Source: Escherichia phage T7. From it: DNA of 38,831 nucleotides. Where the stretch lies: sequence record MZ375240.1, one strand, 5' to 3'. A program made the translations under genes and the position numbers. Numbering within the stretch: position 1 is the first letter of the stretch; every line of letters begins with the position of its first letter. Shown here one piece after another: positions 8,439-19,323 of this stretch. Below the pieces are notes generated by a model that was given only the letters and a program-made list of their open reading frames with translations, was not told where the DNA came from and did not search any database.

Positions 8439-9137
8439 ATGGCTAAGAAGATTTTCACCTCTGCGCTGGGTACCGCTGAACCTTACGCTTACATCGCCAA
8501 GCCGGACTACGGCAACGAAGAGCGTGGCTTTGGGAACCCTCGTGGTGTCTATAAAGTTGACCTGACTATTCCCAACAAAGACCCGCGCTGCCAGCGTATG
8601 GTCGATGAAATCGTGAAGTGTCACGAAGAGGCTTATGCTGCTGCCGTTGAGGAATACGAAGCTAATCCACCTGCTGTAGCTCGTGGTAAGAAACCGCTGA
8701 AACCGTATGAGGGTGACATGCCGTTCTTCGATAACGGTGACGGTACGACTACCTTTAAGTTCAAATGCTACGCGTCTTTCCAAGACAAGAAGACCAAAGA
8801 GACCAAGCACATCAATCTGGTTGTGGTTGACTCAAAAGGTAAGAAGATGGAAGACGTTCCGATTATCGGTGGTGGCTCTAAGCTGAAAGTTAAATATTCT
8901 CTGGTTCCATACAAGTGGAACACTGCTGTAGGTGCGAGCGTTAAGCTGCAACTGGAATCCGTGATGCTGGTCGAACTGGCTACCTTTGGTGGCGGTGAAG
9001 ACGATTGGGCTGACGAAGTTGAAGAGAACGGCTATGTTGCCTCTGGTTCTGCCAAAGCGAGCAAACCACGCGACGAAGAAAGCTGGGACGAAGACGACGA
9101 AGAGTCCGAGGAAGCAGACGAAGACGGAGACTTCTAA
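8439..9137 (+). CDS. 2.5: Gene 2.5, single-stranded DNA-binding protein
   Basis: ORF track 232 aa with acidic C-terminal tail ...EADEDGDF. Confidence 0.97.
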   Translation: MAKKIFTSALGTAEPYAYIAKPDYGNEERGFGNPRGVYKVDLTIPNKDPRCQRMVDEIVKCHEEAYAAAVEEYEANPPAVARGKKPLKPYEGDMPFFDNGDGTTTFKFKCYASFQDKKTKETKHINLVVVDSKGKKMEDVPIIGGGSKLKVKYSLVPYKWNTAVGASVKLQLESVMLVELATFGGGEDDWADEVEENGYVASGSAKASKPRDEESWDEDDEESEEADEDGDF

Positions 9138-9557
9138 GTGGAACTGCGGGAGAAAATCCTTGAGCGAATCAAGGTGACTTCCTCTGGGTGTTGGGAGTGG
9201 CAGGGCGCTACGAACAATAAAGGGTACGGGCAGGTGTGGTGCAGCAATACCGGAAAGGTTGTCTACTGTCATCGCGTAATGTCTAATGCTCCGAAAGGTT
9301 CTACCGTCCTGCACTCCTGTGATAATCCATTATGTTGTAACCCTGAACACCTATCCATAGGAACTCCAAAAGAGAACTCCACTGACATGGTAAATAAGGG
9401 TCGCTCACACAAGGGGTATAAACTTTCAGACGAAGACGTAATGGCAATCATGGAGTCCAGCGAGTCCAATGTATCCTTAGCTCGCACCTATGGTGTCTCC
9501 CAACAGACTATTTGTGATATACGCAAAGGGAGGCGACATGGCAGGTTACGGCGCTAA
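9138..9557 (+). CDS. 2.8: Gene 2.8, HNH endonuclease-like protein (paralog of gene 7.7)
   Basis: ORF track 139 aa, GTG start; CDNPLCCNPEHL and GTPKENS motifs shared with gp7.7. Confidence 0.85.
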   Translation: MELREKILERIKVTSSGCWEWQGATNNKGYGQVWCSNTGKVVYCHRVMSNAPKGSTVLHSCDNPLCCNPEHLSIGTPKENSTDMVNKGRSHKGYKLSDEDVMAIMESSESNVSLARTYGVSQQTICDIRKGRRHGRLRR

Positions 9558-9987
9558 AGGAATCCGAAAGGTTGGAGCGTTTCGCTCTGGCCTAGAGGAC
9601 AAGGTTTCAAAGCAGTTGGAATCAAAAGGTATTAAATTCGAGTATGAAGAGTGGAAAGTGCCTTATGTAATTCCGGCGAGCAATCACACTTACACTCCAG
9701 ACTTCTTACTTCCAAACGGTATATTCGTTGAGACAAAGGGTCTGTGGGAAAGCGATGATAGAAAGAAGCACTTATTAATTAGGGAGCAGCACCCCGAGCT
9801 AGACATCCGTATTGTCTTCTCAAGCTCACGTACTAAGTTATACAAAGGTTCTCCAACGTCTTATGGAGAGTTCTGCGAAAAGCATGGTATTAAGTTCGCT
9901 GATAAACTGATACCTGCTGAGTGGATAAAGGAACCCAAGAAGGAGGTCCCCTTTGATAGATTAAAAAGGAAAGGAGGAAAGAAATAA
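9538..9987 (+). CDS. 3: Gene 3, endonuclease I (Holliday junction resolvase)
   Basis: 149 aa from the ATG at 9538 inside ORF-track entry 9490..9987 (MAGYGAKGIRK...). Confidence 0.93.
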   Translation: MAGYGAKGIRKVGAFRSGLEDKVSKQLESKGIKFEYEEWKVPYVIPASNHTYTPDFLLPNGIFVETKGLWESDDRKKHLLIREQHPELDIRIVFSSSRTKLYKGSPTSYGEFCEKHGIKFADKLIPAEWIKEPKKEVPFDRLKRKGGKK

Positions 9988-10442
9988 TGGCTCGTGTACA
10001 GTTTAAACAACGTGAATCTACTGACGCAATCTTTGTTCACTGCTCGGCTACCAAGCCAAGTCAGAATGTTGGTGTCCGTGAGATTCGCCAGTGGCACAAA
10101 GAGCAGGGTTGGCTCGATGTGGGATACCACTTTATCATCAAGCGAGACGGTACTGTGGAGGCAGGACGAGATGAGATGGCTGTAGGCTCTCACGCTAAGG
10201 GTTACAACCACAACTCTATCGGCGTCTGCCTTGTTGGTGGTATCGACGATAAAGGTAAGTTCGACGCTAACTTTACGCCAGCCCAAATGCAATCCCTTCG
10301 CTCACTGCTTGTCACACTGCTGGCTAAGTACGAAGGCGCTGTGCTTCGCGCCCATCATGAGGTGGCGCCGAAGGCTTGCCCTTCGTTCGACCTTAAGCGT
10401 TGGTGGGAGAAGAACGAACTGGTCACTTCTGACCGTGGATAA
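9987..10442 (+). CDS. 3.5: Gene 3.5, lysozyme (N-acetylmuramoyl-L-alanine amidase) and T7 RNAP inhibitor
   Basis: ORF track 151 aa MARVQFKQRESTDAIFVHCSATK...; recognised as T7 lysozyme. Confidence 0.97.
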   Translation: MARVQFKQRESTDAIFVHCSATKPSQNVGVREIRQWHKEQGWLDVGYHFIIKRDGTVEAGRDEMAVGSHAKGYNHNSIGVCLVGGIDDKGKFDANFTPAQMQSLRSLLVTLLAKYEGAVLRAHHEVAPKACPSFDLKRWWEKNELVTSDRG

Positions 10443-10443
10443 T

Positions 10444-10466
10444 TAATTGAACTCACTAAAGGGAGA
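10444..10466 (+). promoter_or_regulatory. T7 promoter phi3.8
   Basis: TAATTGAACTCACTAAAGGGAGA. Confidence 0.8.
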
Positions 10467-10505
10467 CCACAGCGGTTTCCCTTTGTTCGCATTGGAGGTC
10501 AAATA

Positions 10506-12604
<2,099 letters not shown>

Positions 12605-12607
<3 letters not shown>

Positions 12608-12627
12608 TACGACTCACTAAAGGAGAC
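12605..12627 (+). promoter_or_regulatory. T7 promoter phi4.3
   Basis: TAATACGACTCACTAAAGGAGAC. Confidence 0.88.
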
Positions 12628-12666
12628 ACACCAAATTCTTTGAGTAATCAAACAGGAGAAACCATT

Positions 12667-12936
12667 ATGTCTAACGTAGCTGAAACTATCCGTCTATCCG
12701 ATACAGCTGACCAGTGGAACCGTCGAGTCCACATCAACGTTCGCAACGGTAAGGCGACTATGGTTTACCGCTGGAAGGACTCTAAGTCCTCTAAGAATCA
12801 CACTCAGCGTATGACGTTGACAGATGAGCAAGCACTGCGTCTGGTCAATGCGCTTACCAAAGCTGCCGTGACAGCAATTCATGAAGCTGGTCGCGTCAAT
12901 GAAGCTATGGCTATCCTCGACAAGATTGATAACTAA
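12667..12936 (+). CDS. 4.5: Gene 4.5, small protein reported to inhibit Lon protease
   Basis: 89 aa from the ATG at 12667 inside ORF-track entry 12640..12936 (MSNVAETIRLSDT...). Confidence 0.85.
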   Translation: MSNVAETIRLSDTADQWNRRVHINVRNGKATMVYRWKDSKSSKNHTQRMTLTDEQALRLVNALTKAAVTAIHEAGRVNEAMAILDKIDN

Positions 12937-12939
12937 GAG

Positions 12940-12980
12940 TGGTATCCTCAAGGTCGCCAAAGTGGTGGCCTTCATGAATA
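12940..12980 (+). promoter_or_regulatory. RNase III site R4.7
   Basis: cctcaaggtcgccaaagtggtggccttcatgaat hairpin motif. Confidence 0.7.
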
Positions 12981-13003
12981 CTATTCGACTCACTATAGGA
13001 GAT
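12981..13003 (+). promoter_or_regulatory. T7 promoter phi4.7
   Basis: CTATTCGACTCACTATAGGAGAT. Confidence 0.8.
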
Positions 13004-13009
13004 ATTACC

Positions 13010-13417
13010 ATGCGTGACCCTAAAGTTATCCAAGCAGAAATCGCTAAACTGGAAGCTGAACTGGAGGACGTTAAGTACCATGAAGCTAAGACTCGCTCCG
13101 CTGTTCACATCTTGAAGAACTTAGGCTGGACTTGGACAAGACAGACTGGCTGGAAGAAACCAGAAGTTACCAAGCTGAGTCATAAGGTGTTCGATAAGGA
13201 CACTATGACCCACATCAAGGCTGGTGATTGGGTTAAGGTTGACATGGGAGTTGTTGGTGGATACGGCTACGTCCGCTCAGTTAGTGGCAAATATGCACAA
13301 GTGTCATACATCACAGGTGTTACTCCACGCGGTGCAATCGTTGCCGATAAGACCAACATGATTCACACAGGTTTCTTGACAGTTGTTTCATATGAAGAGA
13401 TTGTTAAGTCACGATAA
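13010..13417 (+). CDS. 4.7: Gene 4.7, function unknown
   Basis: 135 aa from the ATG at 13010 (MRDPKVIQAEI...) inside ORF-track entry 12881..13417, directly after the phi4.7 RBS. Confidence 0.85.
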   Translation: MRDPKVIQAEIAKLEAELEDVKYHEAKTRSAVHILKNLGWTWTRQTGWKKPEVTKLSHKVFDKDTMTHIKAGDWVKVDMGVVGGYGYVRSVSGKYAQVSYITGVTPRGAIVADKTNMIHTGFLTVVSYEEIVKSR

Positions 13418-13435
13418 TCAATAGGAGAAATCAAT

Positions 13436-15550
13436 ATGATCGTTTCTGACATCGAAGCTAACGCCCTCTTAGAGAGCGTCACTAAGTTCCACTGCGGGGT
13501 TATCTACGACTACTCCACCGCTGAGTACGTAAGCTACCGTCCGAGTGACTTCGGTGCGTATCTGGATGCGCTGGAAGCCGAGGTTGCACGAGGCGGTCTT
13601 ATTGTGTTCCACAACGGTCACAAGTATGACGTTCCTGCATTGACCAAACTGGCAAAGTTGCAATTGAACCGAGAGTTCCACCTTCCTCGTGAGAACTGTA
13701 TTGACACCCTTGTGTTGTCACGTTTGATTCATTCCAACCTCAAGGACACCGATATGGGTCTTCTGCGTTCCGGCAAGTTGCCCGGAAAACGCTTTGGGTC
13801 TCACGCTTTGGAGGCGTGGGGTTATCGCTTAGGCGAGATGAAGGGTGAATACAAAGACGACTTTAAGCGTATGCTTGAAGAGCAGGGTGAAGAATACGTT
13901 GACGGAATGGAGTGGTGGAACTTCAACGAAGAGATGATGGACTATAACGTTCAGGACGTTGTGGTAACTAAAGCTCTCCTTGAGAAGCTACTCTCTGACA
14001 AACATTACTTCCCTCCTGAGATTGACTTTACGGACGTAGGATACACTACGTTCTGGTCAGAATCCCTTGAGGCCGTTGACATTGAACATCGTGCTGCATG
14101 GCTGCTCGCTAAACAAGAGCGCAACGGGTTCCCGTTTGACACAAAAGCAATCGAAGAGTTGTACGTAGAGTTAGCTGCTCGCCGCTCTGAGTTGCTCCGT
14201 AAATTGACCGAAACGTTCGGCTCGTGGTATCAGCCTAAAGGTGGCACTGAGATGTTCTGCCATCCGCGAACAGGTAAGCCACTACCTAAATACCCTCGCA
14301 TTAAGACACCTAAAGTTGGTGGTATCTTTAAGAAGCCTAAGAACAAGGCACAGCGAGAAGGCCGTGAGCCTTGCGAACTTGATACCCGCGAGTACGTTGC
14401 TGGTGCTCCTTACACCCCAGTTGAACATGTTGTGTTTAACCCTTCGTCTCGTGACCACATTCAGAAGAAACTCCAAGAGGCTGGGTGGGTCCCGACCAAG
14501 TACACCGATAAGGGTGCTCCTGTGGTGGACGATGAGGTACTCGAAGGAGTACGTGTAGATGACCCTGAGAAGCAAGCCGCTATCGACCTCATTAAAGAGT
14601 ACTTGATGATTCAGAAGCGAATCGGACAGTCTGCTGAGGGAGACAAAGCATGGCTTCGTTATGTTGCTGAGGATGGTAAGATTCATGGTTCTGTTAACCC
14701 TAATGGAGCAGTTACGGGTCGTGCGACCCATGCGTTCCCAAACCTTGCGCAAATTCCGGGTGTACGTTCTCCTTATGGAGAGCAGTGTCGCGCTGCTTTT
14801 GGCGCTGAGCACCATTTGGATGGGATAACTGGTAAGCCTTGGGTTCAGGCTGGCATCGACGCATCCGGTCTTGAGCTACGCTGCTTGGCTCACTTCATGG
14901 CTCGCTTTGATAACGGCGAGTACGCTCACGAGATTCTTAACGGCGACATCCACACTAAGAACCAGATAGCTGCTGAACTACCTACCCGAGATAACGCTAA
15001 GACGTTCATCTATGGGTTCCTCTATGGTGCTGGTGATGAGAAGATTGGACAGATTGTTGGTGCTGGTAAAGAGCGCGGTAAGGAACTCAAGAAGAAATTC
15101 CTTGAGAACACCCCCGCGATTGCAGCACTCCGCGAGTCTATCCAACAGACACTTGTCGAGTCCTCTCAATGGGTAGCTGGTGAGCAACAAGTCAAGTGGA
15201 AACGCCGCTGGATTAAAGGTCTGGATGGTCGTAAGGTACACGTTCGTAGTCCTCACGCTGCCTTGAATACCCTACTGCAATCTGCTGGTGCTCTCATCTG
15301 CAAACTGTGGATTATCAAGACCGAAGAGATGCTCGTAGAGAAAGGCTTGAAGCATGGCTGGGATGGGGACTTTGCGTACATGGCATGGGTACATGATGAA
15401 ATCCAAGTAGGCTGCCGTACCGAAGAGATTGCTCAGGTGGTCATTGAGACCGCACAAGAAGCGATGCGCTGGGTTGGAGACCACTGGAACTTCCGGTGTC
15501 TTCTGGATACCGAAGGTAAGATGGGTCCTAATTGGGCGATTTGCCACTGA
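13436..15550 (+). CDS. 5: Gene 5, DNA polymerase (family A, 3'-5' exonuclease, thioredoxin-binding)
   Basis: ORF track 704 aa [13 protein letters not shown]...; recognised as T7 DNA polymerase. Confidence 0.98.
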   Translation: MIVSDIEANALLESVTKFHCGVIYDYSTAEYVSYRPSDFGAYLDALEAEVARGGLIVFHNGHKYDVPALTKLAKLQLNREFHLPRENCIDTLVLSRLIHSNLKDTDMGLLRSGKLPGKRFGSHALEAWGYRLGEMKGEYKDDFKRMLEEQGEEYVDGMEWWNFNEEMMDYNVQDVVVTKALLEKLLSDKHYFPPEIDFTDVGYTTFWSESLEAVDIEHRAAWLLAKQERNGFPFDTKAIEELYVELAARRSELLRKLTETFGSWYQPKGGTEMFCHPRTGKPLPKYPRIKTPKVGGIFKKPKNKAQREGREPCELDTREYVAGAPYTPVEHVVFNPSSRDHIQKKLQEAGWVPTKYTDKGAPVVDDEVLEGVRVDDPEKQAAIDLIKEYLMIQKRIGQSAEGDKAWLRYVAEDGKIHGSVNPNGAVTGRATHAFPNLAQIPGVRSPYGEQCRAAFGAEHHLDGITGKPWVQAGIDASGLELRCLAHFMARFDNGEYAHEILNGDIHTKNQIAAELPTRDNAKTFIYGFLYGAGDEKIGQIVGAGKERGKELKKKFLENTPAIAALRESIQQTLVESSQWVAGEQQVKWKRRWIKGLDGRKVHVRSPHAALNTLLQSAGALICKLWIIKTEEMLVEKGLKHGWDGDFAYMAWVHDEIQVGCRTEEIAQVVIETAQEAMRWVGDHWNFRCLLDTEGKMGPNWAICH

Positions 15551-15565
15551 TACAGGAGGCTACTC

Positions 15566-15922
15566 ATGAACGAAAGACACTTAACAGGTGCTGCTTCTGA
15601 AATGCTAGTAGCCTACAAATTTACCAAAGCTGGGTACACTGTCTATTACCCTATGCTGACTCAGAGTAAAGAGGACTTGGTTGTATGTAAGGATGGTAAA
15701 TTTAGTAAGGTTCAGGTTAAAACAGCCACAACGGTTCAAACCAACACAGGAGATGCCAAGCAGGTTAGGCTAGGTGGATGCGGTAGGTCCGAATATAAGG
15801 ATGGAGACTTTGACATTCTTGCGGTTGTGGTTGACGAAGATGTGCTTATTTTCACATGGGACGAAGTAAAAGGTAAGACATCCATGTGTGTCGGCAAGAG
15901 AAACAAAGGCATAAAACTATAG
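15566..15922 (+). CDS. 5.3: Gene 5.3, function unknown
   Basis: ORF track 118 aa. Confidence 0.85.
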   Translation: MNERHLTGAASEMLVAYKFTKAGYTVYYPMLTQSKEDLVVCKDGKFSKVQVKTATTVQTNTGDAKQVRLGGCGRSEYKDGDFDILAVVVDEDVLIFTWDEVKGKTSMCVGKRNKGIKL

Positions 15923-15933
15923 GAGAAATTATT

Positions 15934-16233
15934 ATGGCTATGACAAAGAAATTTAAAGTGTCCTTCGACGTTACCGCAAAGATGTCGTCTGACGTTCAGG
16001 CAATCTTAGAGGAAGATATGCTGCATCTATGTAAGCAGGTCGGCTCAGGTGCGATTGTCCCCAATGGTAAACAGAAGGAAATGATTGTCCAGTTCCTGAC
16101 ACACGGTATGGAAGGATTGATGACATTCGTAGTACGTACATCATTTCGTGAGGCCATTAAGGACATGCACGAAGAGTATGCAGATAAGGACTCTTTCAAA
16201 CAATCTCCTGCAACAGTACGGGAGGTGTTCTGA
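15934..16233 (+). CDS. 5.5: Gene 5.5, H-NS-binding protein
   Basis: 99 aa from the ATG at 15934 (MAMTKKFKV...) inside ORF-track entry 15886..16233. Confidence 0.88.
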   Translation: MAMTKKFKVSFDVTAKMSSDVQAILEEDMLHLCKQVGSGAIVPNGKQKEMIVQFLTHGMEGLMTFVVRTSFREAIKDMHEEYADKDSFKQSPATVREVF

Positions 16234-16442
16234 TGTCTGACTACCTGAAAGTGCTGCAAGCAATCAAAAGTTGCCCTAAGACTTTCCAGTCCAACTATGT
16301 ACGGAACAATGCGAGCCTCGTAGCGGAGGCCGCTTCCCGTGGTCACATCTCGTGCCTGACTACTAGTGGACGTAACGGTGGCGCTTGGGAAATCACTGCT
16401 TCCGGTACTCGCTTTCTGAAACGAATGGGAGGATGTGTCTAA
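16233..16442 (+). CDS. 5.7: Gene 5.7, small protein
   Basis: ORF track 69 aa; start overlaps the gene 5.5 stop. Confidence 0.85.
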   Translation: MSDYLKVLQAIKSCPKTFQSNYVRNNASLVAEAASRGHISCLTTSGRNGGAWEITASGTRFLKRMGGCV

Positions 16443-16600
16443 TGTCTCGTGACCTTGTGACTATTCCACGCGATGTGTGGAACGATATACAGGGCTACAT
16501 CGACTCTCTGGAACGTGAGAACGATAGCCTTAAGAATCAACTAATGGAAGCTGACGAATACGTAGCGGAACTAGAGGAGAAACTTAATGGCACTTCTTGA
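16442..16600 (+). CDS. 5.9: Gene 5.9, RecBCD inhibitor
   Basis: 52 codons MSRDLVTIPRDVWNDIQGYIDSLERENDSLKNQLMEADEYVAELEEKLNGTS, acidic. Confidence 0.85.
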   Translation: MSRDLVTIPRDVWNDIQGYIDSLERENDSLKNQLMEADEYVAELEEKLNGTS

Positions 16601-17489
16601 CCTTAAACAATTCTATGAGTTACGTGAAGGCTGCGACGACAAGGGTATCCTTGTGATGGACGGCGACTGGCTGGTCTTCCAAGCTATGAGTGCTGCTGAG
16701 TTTGATGCCTCTTGGGAGGAAGAGATTTGGCACCGATGCTGTGACCACGCTAAGGCCCGTCAGATTCTTGAGGATTCCATTAAGTCCTACGAGACCCGTA
16801 AGAAGGCTTGGGCAGGTGCTCCAATTGTCCTTGCGTTCACCGATAGTGTTAACTGGCGTAAAGAACTGGTTGACCCGAACTATAAGGCTAACCGTAAGGC
16901 CGTGAAGAAACCTGTAGGGTACTTTGAGTTCCTTGATGCTCTCTTTGAGCGCGAAGAGTTCTATTGCATCCGTGAGCCTATGCTTGAGGGTGATGACGTT
17001 ATGGGAGTTATTGCTTCCAATCCGTCTGCCTTCGGTGCTCGTAAGGCTGTAATCATCTCTTGCGATAAGGACTTTAAGACCATCCCTAACTGTGACTTCC
17101 TGTGGTGTACCACTGGTAACATCCTGACTCAGACCGAAGAGTCCGCTGACTGGTGGCACCTCTTCCAGACCATCAAGGGTGACATCACTGATGGTTACTC
17201 AGGGATTGCTGGATGGGGTGATACCGCCGAGGACTTCTTGAATAACCCGTTCATAACCGAGCCTAAAACGTCTGTGCTTAAGTCCGGTAAGAACAAAGGC
17301 CAAGAGGTTACTAAATGGGTTAAACGCGACCCTGAGCCTCATGAGACGCTTTGGGACTGCATTAAGTCCATTGGCGCGAAGGCTGGTATGACCGAAGAGG
17401 ATATTATCAAGCAGGGCCAAATGGCTCGAATCCTACGGTTCAACGAGTACAACTTTATTGACAAGGAGATTTACCTGTGGAGACCGTAG
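16587..17489 (+). CDS. 6: Gene 6, 5'-3' exonuclease
   Basis: ORF track 300 aa. Confidence 0.95.
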   Translation: MALLDLKQFYELREGCDDKGILVMDGDWLVFQAMSAAEFDASWEEEIWHRCCDHAKARQILEDSIKSYETRKKAWAGAPIVLAFTDSVNWRKELVDPNYKANRKAVKKPVGYFEFLDALFEREEFYCIREPMLEGDDVMGVIASNPSAFGARKAVIISCDKDFKTIPNCDFLWCTTGNILTQTEESADWWHLFQTIKGDITDGYSGIAGWGDTAEDFLNNPFITEPKTSVLKSGKNKGQEVTKWVKRDPEPHETLWDCIKSIGAKAGMTEEDIIKQGQMARILRFNEYNFIDKEIYLWRP

Positions 17490-17590
17490 CGTATATTGGT
17501 CTGGGTCTTTGTGTTCTCGGAGTGTGCCTCATTTCGTGGGGCCTTTGGGACTTAGCCAGAATAATCAAGTCGTTACACGACACTAAGTGA
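17477..17590 (+). CDS. 6.3: Gene 6.3, small hydrophobic protein
   Basis: 37 codons from the GTG at 17477, overlapping the gene 6 end. Confidence 0.55.
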   Translation: METVAYIGLGLCVLGVCLISWGLWDLARIIKSLHDTK

Positions 17591-17660
17591 TAAACTCAAG
17601 GTCCCTAAATTAATACGACTCACTATAGGGAGATAGGGGCCTTTACGATTATTACTTTAA
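17590..17660 (+). promoter_or_regulatory. RNase III site R6.5, overlapping phi6.5
   Basis: actcaaggtccc...ggggcctttacgat hairpin motif flanking the promoter. Confidence 0.65.
17611..17633 (+). promoter_or_regulatory. T7 promoter phi6.5 (class III)
   Basis: TAATACGACTCACTATAGGGAGA, exact consensus. Confidence 0.95.
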
Positions 17661-17687
17661 GATTTAACTCTAAGAGGAATCTTTATT

Positions 17688-17942
17688 ATGTTAACACCTA
17701 TTAACCAATTACTTAAGAACCCTAACGATATTCCAGATGTACCTCGTGCAACCGCTGAGTATCTACAGGTTCGATTCAACTATGCGTACCTCGAAGCGTC
17801 TGGTCATATAGGACTTATGCGTGCTAATGGTTGTAGTGAGGCCCACATCTTGGGTTTCATTCAGGGCCTACAGTATGCCTCTAACGTCATTGACGAGATT
17901 GAGTTACGCAAGGAACAACTAAGAGATGATGGGGAGGATTGA
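17688..17942 (+). CDS. 6.5: Gene 6.5, function unknown
   Basis: ORF track 84 aa. Confidence 0.85.
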
Positions 17943-17946
17943 CACT

Positions 17947-18213
17947 ATGTGTTTCTCACCGAAAATTAAAACTCCGAAGATGGATACCAATCAGATTCGA
18001 GCCGTTGAGCCAGCGCCTCTGACCCAAGAAGTGTCAAGCGTGGAGTTCGGTGGGTCTTCTGATGAGACGGATACCGAGGGCACCGAAGTGTCTGGACGCA
18101 AAGGCCTCAAGGTCGAACGTGATGATTCCGTAGCGAAGTCTAAAGCCAGCGGCAATGGCTCCGCTCGTATGAAATCTTCCATCCGTAAGTCCGCATTTGG
18201 AGGTAAGAAGTGA
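17947..18213 (+). CDS. 6.7: Gene 6.7, virion protein ejected into the host
   Basis: 88 aa from the ATG at 17947 (MCFSPKIKTPK...) inside ORF-track entry 17926..18213. Confidence 0.85.
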   Translation: MCFSPKIKTPKMDTNQIRAVEPAPLTQEVSSVEFGGSSDETDTEGTEVSGRKGLKVERDDSVAKSKASGNGSARMKSSIRKSAFGGKK

Positions 18214-18614
18214 TGTCTGAGTTCACATGTGTGGAGGCTAAGAGTCGCTTCCGTGCAATCCGGTGGACTGTGGAACACCTTGGGTTGCCTAAAGGATTCG
18301 AAGGACACTTTGTGGGCTACAGCCTCTACGTAGACGAAGTGATGGACATGTCTGGTTGCCGTGAAGAGTACATTCTGGACTCTACCGGAAAACATGTAGC
18401 GTACTTCGCGTGGTGCGTAAGCTGTGACATTCACCACAAAGGAGACATTCTGGATGTAACGTCCGTTGTCATTAATCCTGAGGCAGACTCTAAGGGCTTA
18501 CAGCGATTCCTAGCGAAACGCTTTAAGTACCTTGCGGAACTCCACGATTGCGATTGGGTGTCTCGTTGTAAGCATGAAGGCGAGACAATGCGTGTATACT
18601 TTAAGGAGGTATAA
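18213..18614 (+). CDS. 7: Gene 7, host-range protein
   Basis: 133 aa from the ATG at 18213 (MSEFTCVEAK...) inside ORF-track entry 18210..18614. Confidence 0.85.
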   Translation: MSEFTCVEAKSRFRAIRWTVEHLGLPKGFEGHFVGYSLYVDEVMDMSGCREEYILDSTGKHVAYFAWCVSCDIHHKGDILDVTSVVINPEADSKGLQRFLAKRFKYLAELHDCDWVSRCKHEGETMRVYFKEV

Positions 18615-18617
18615 GTT

Positions 18618-18917
18618 ATGGGTAAGAAAGTTAAGAAGGCCGTGAAGAAAGTCACCAAGTCCGTTAAGAAAGTCGTTAAGGAAGGGGCTCGTCCGGTTAA
18701 ACAGGTTGCTGGCGGTCTAGCTGGTCTGGCTGGTGGTACTGGTGAAGCACAGATGGTGGAAGTACCACAAGCTGCCGCACAGATTGTTGACGTACCTGAG
18801 AAAGAGGTTTCCACTGAGGACGAAGCACAGACAGAAAGCGGACGCAAGAAAGCTCGTGCTGGCGGTAAGAAATCCTTGAGTGTAGCCCATAGCTCCGGTG
18901 GCGGTATCAACATTTAA
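18618..18917 (+). CDS. 7.3: Gene 7.3, tail-associated protein needed for adsorption
   Basis: ORF track 99 aa, Lys- and Ala/Gly-rich. Confidence 0.88.
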   Translation: MGKKVKKAVKKVTKSVKKVVKEGARPVKQVAGGLAGLAGGTGEAQMVEVPQAAAQIVDVPEKEVSTEDEAQTESGRKKARAGGKKSLSVAHSSGGGINI

Positions 18918-18930
18918 TCAGGAGGTTATC

Positions 18931-19323
18931 GTGGAAGACTGCATTGAATGGACCGGAGGTGTCAACTCTAAGGGTTATGGTCGTAAGTGGGTTAATGGTA
19001 AACTTGTGACTCCACATAGGCACATCTATGAGGAGACATATGGTCCAGTTCCAACAGGAATTGTGGTGATGCATATCTGCGATAACCCTAGGTGCTATAA
19101 CATAAAGCACCTTACGCTTGGAACTCCAAAGGATAATTCCGAGGACATGGTTACCAAAGGTAGACAGGCTAAAGGAGAGGAACTAAGCAAGAAACTTACA
19201 GAGTCAGACGTTCTCGCTATACGCTCTTCAACCTTAAGCCACCGCTCCTTAGGAGAACTGTATGGAGTCAGTCAATCAACCATAACGCGAATACTACAGC
19301 GTAAGACATGGAGACACATTTAA
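18931..19323 (+). CDS. 7.7: Gene 7.7, HNH endonuclease-like protein (paralog of gene 2.8)
   Basis: 130 aa from the GTG at 18931 inside ORF-track entry 18898..19323; CDNPRCYNIKHL and GTPKDNSEDMVTKGR motifs. Confidence 0.85.
   Translation: MEDCIEWTGGVNSKGYGRKWVNGKLVTPHRHIYEETYGPVPTGIVVMHICDNPRCYNIKHLTLGTPKDNSEDMVTKGRQAKGEELSKKLTESDVLAIRSSTLSHRSLGELYGVSQSTITRILQRKTWRHI

Noticed and set aside
12881-13417. ORF-track entries suggesting longer N-terminally extended proteins (12881..13417, and likewise 9490..9987, 10813..12546, 19308..20933)
   Set aside because: The extensions cross promoters, RNase III sites or upstream genes. The true starts are the internal ATG or GTG codons preceded by Shine-Dalgarno sequences, which give the known protein lengths.
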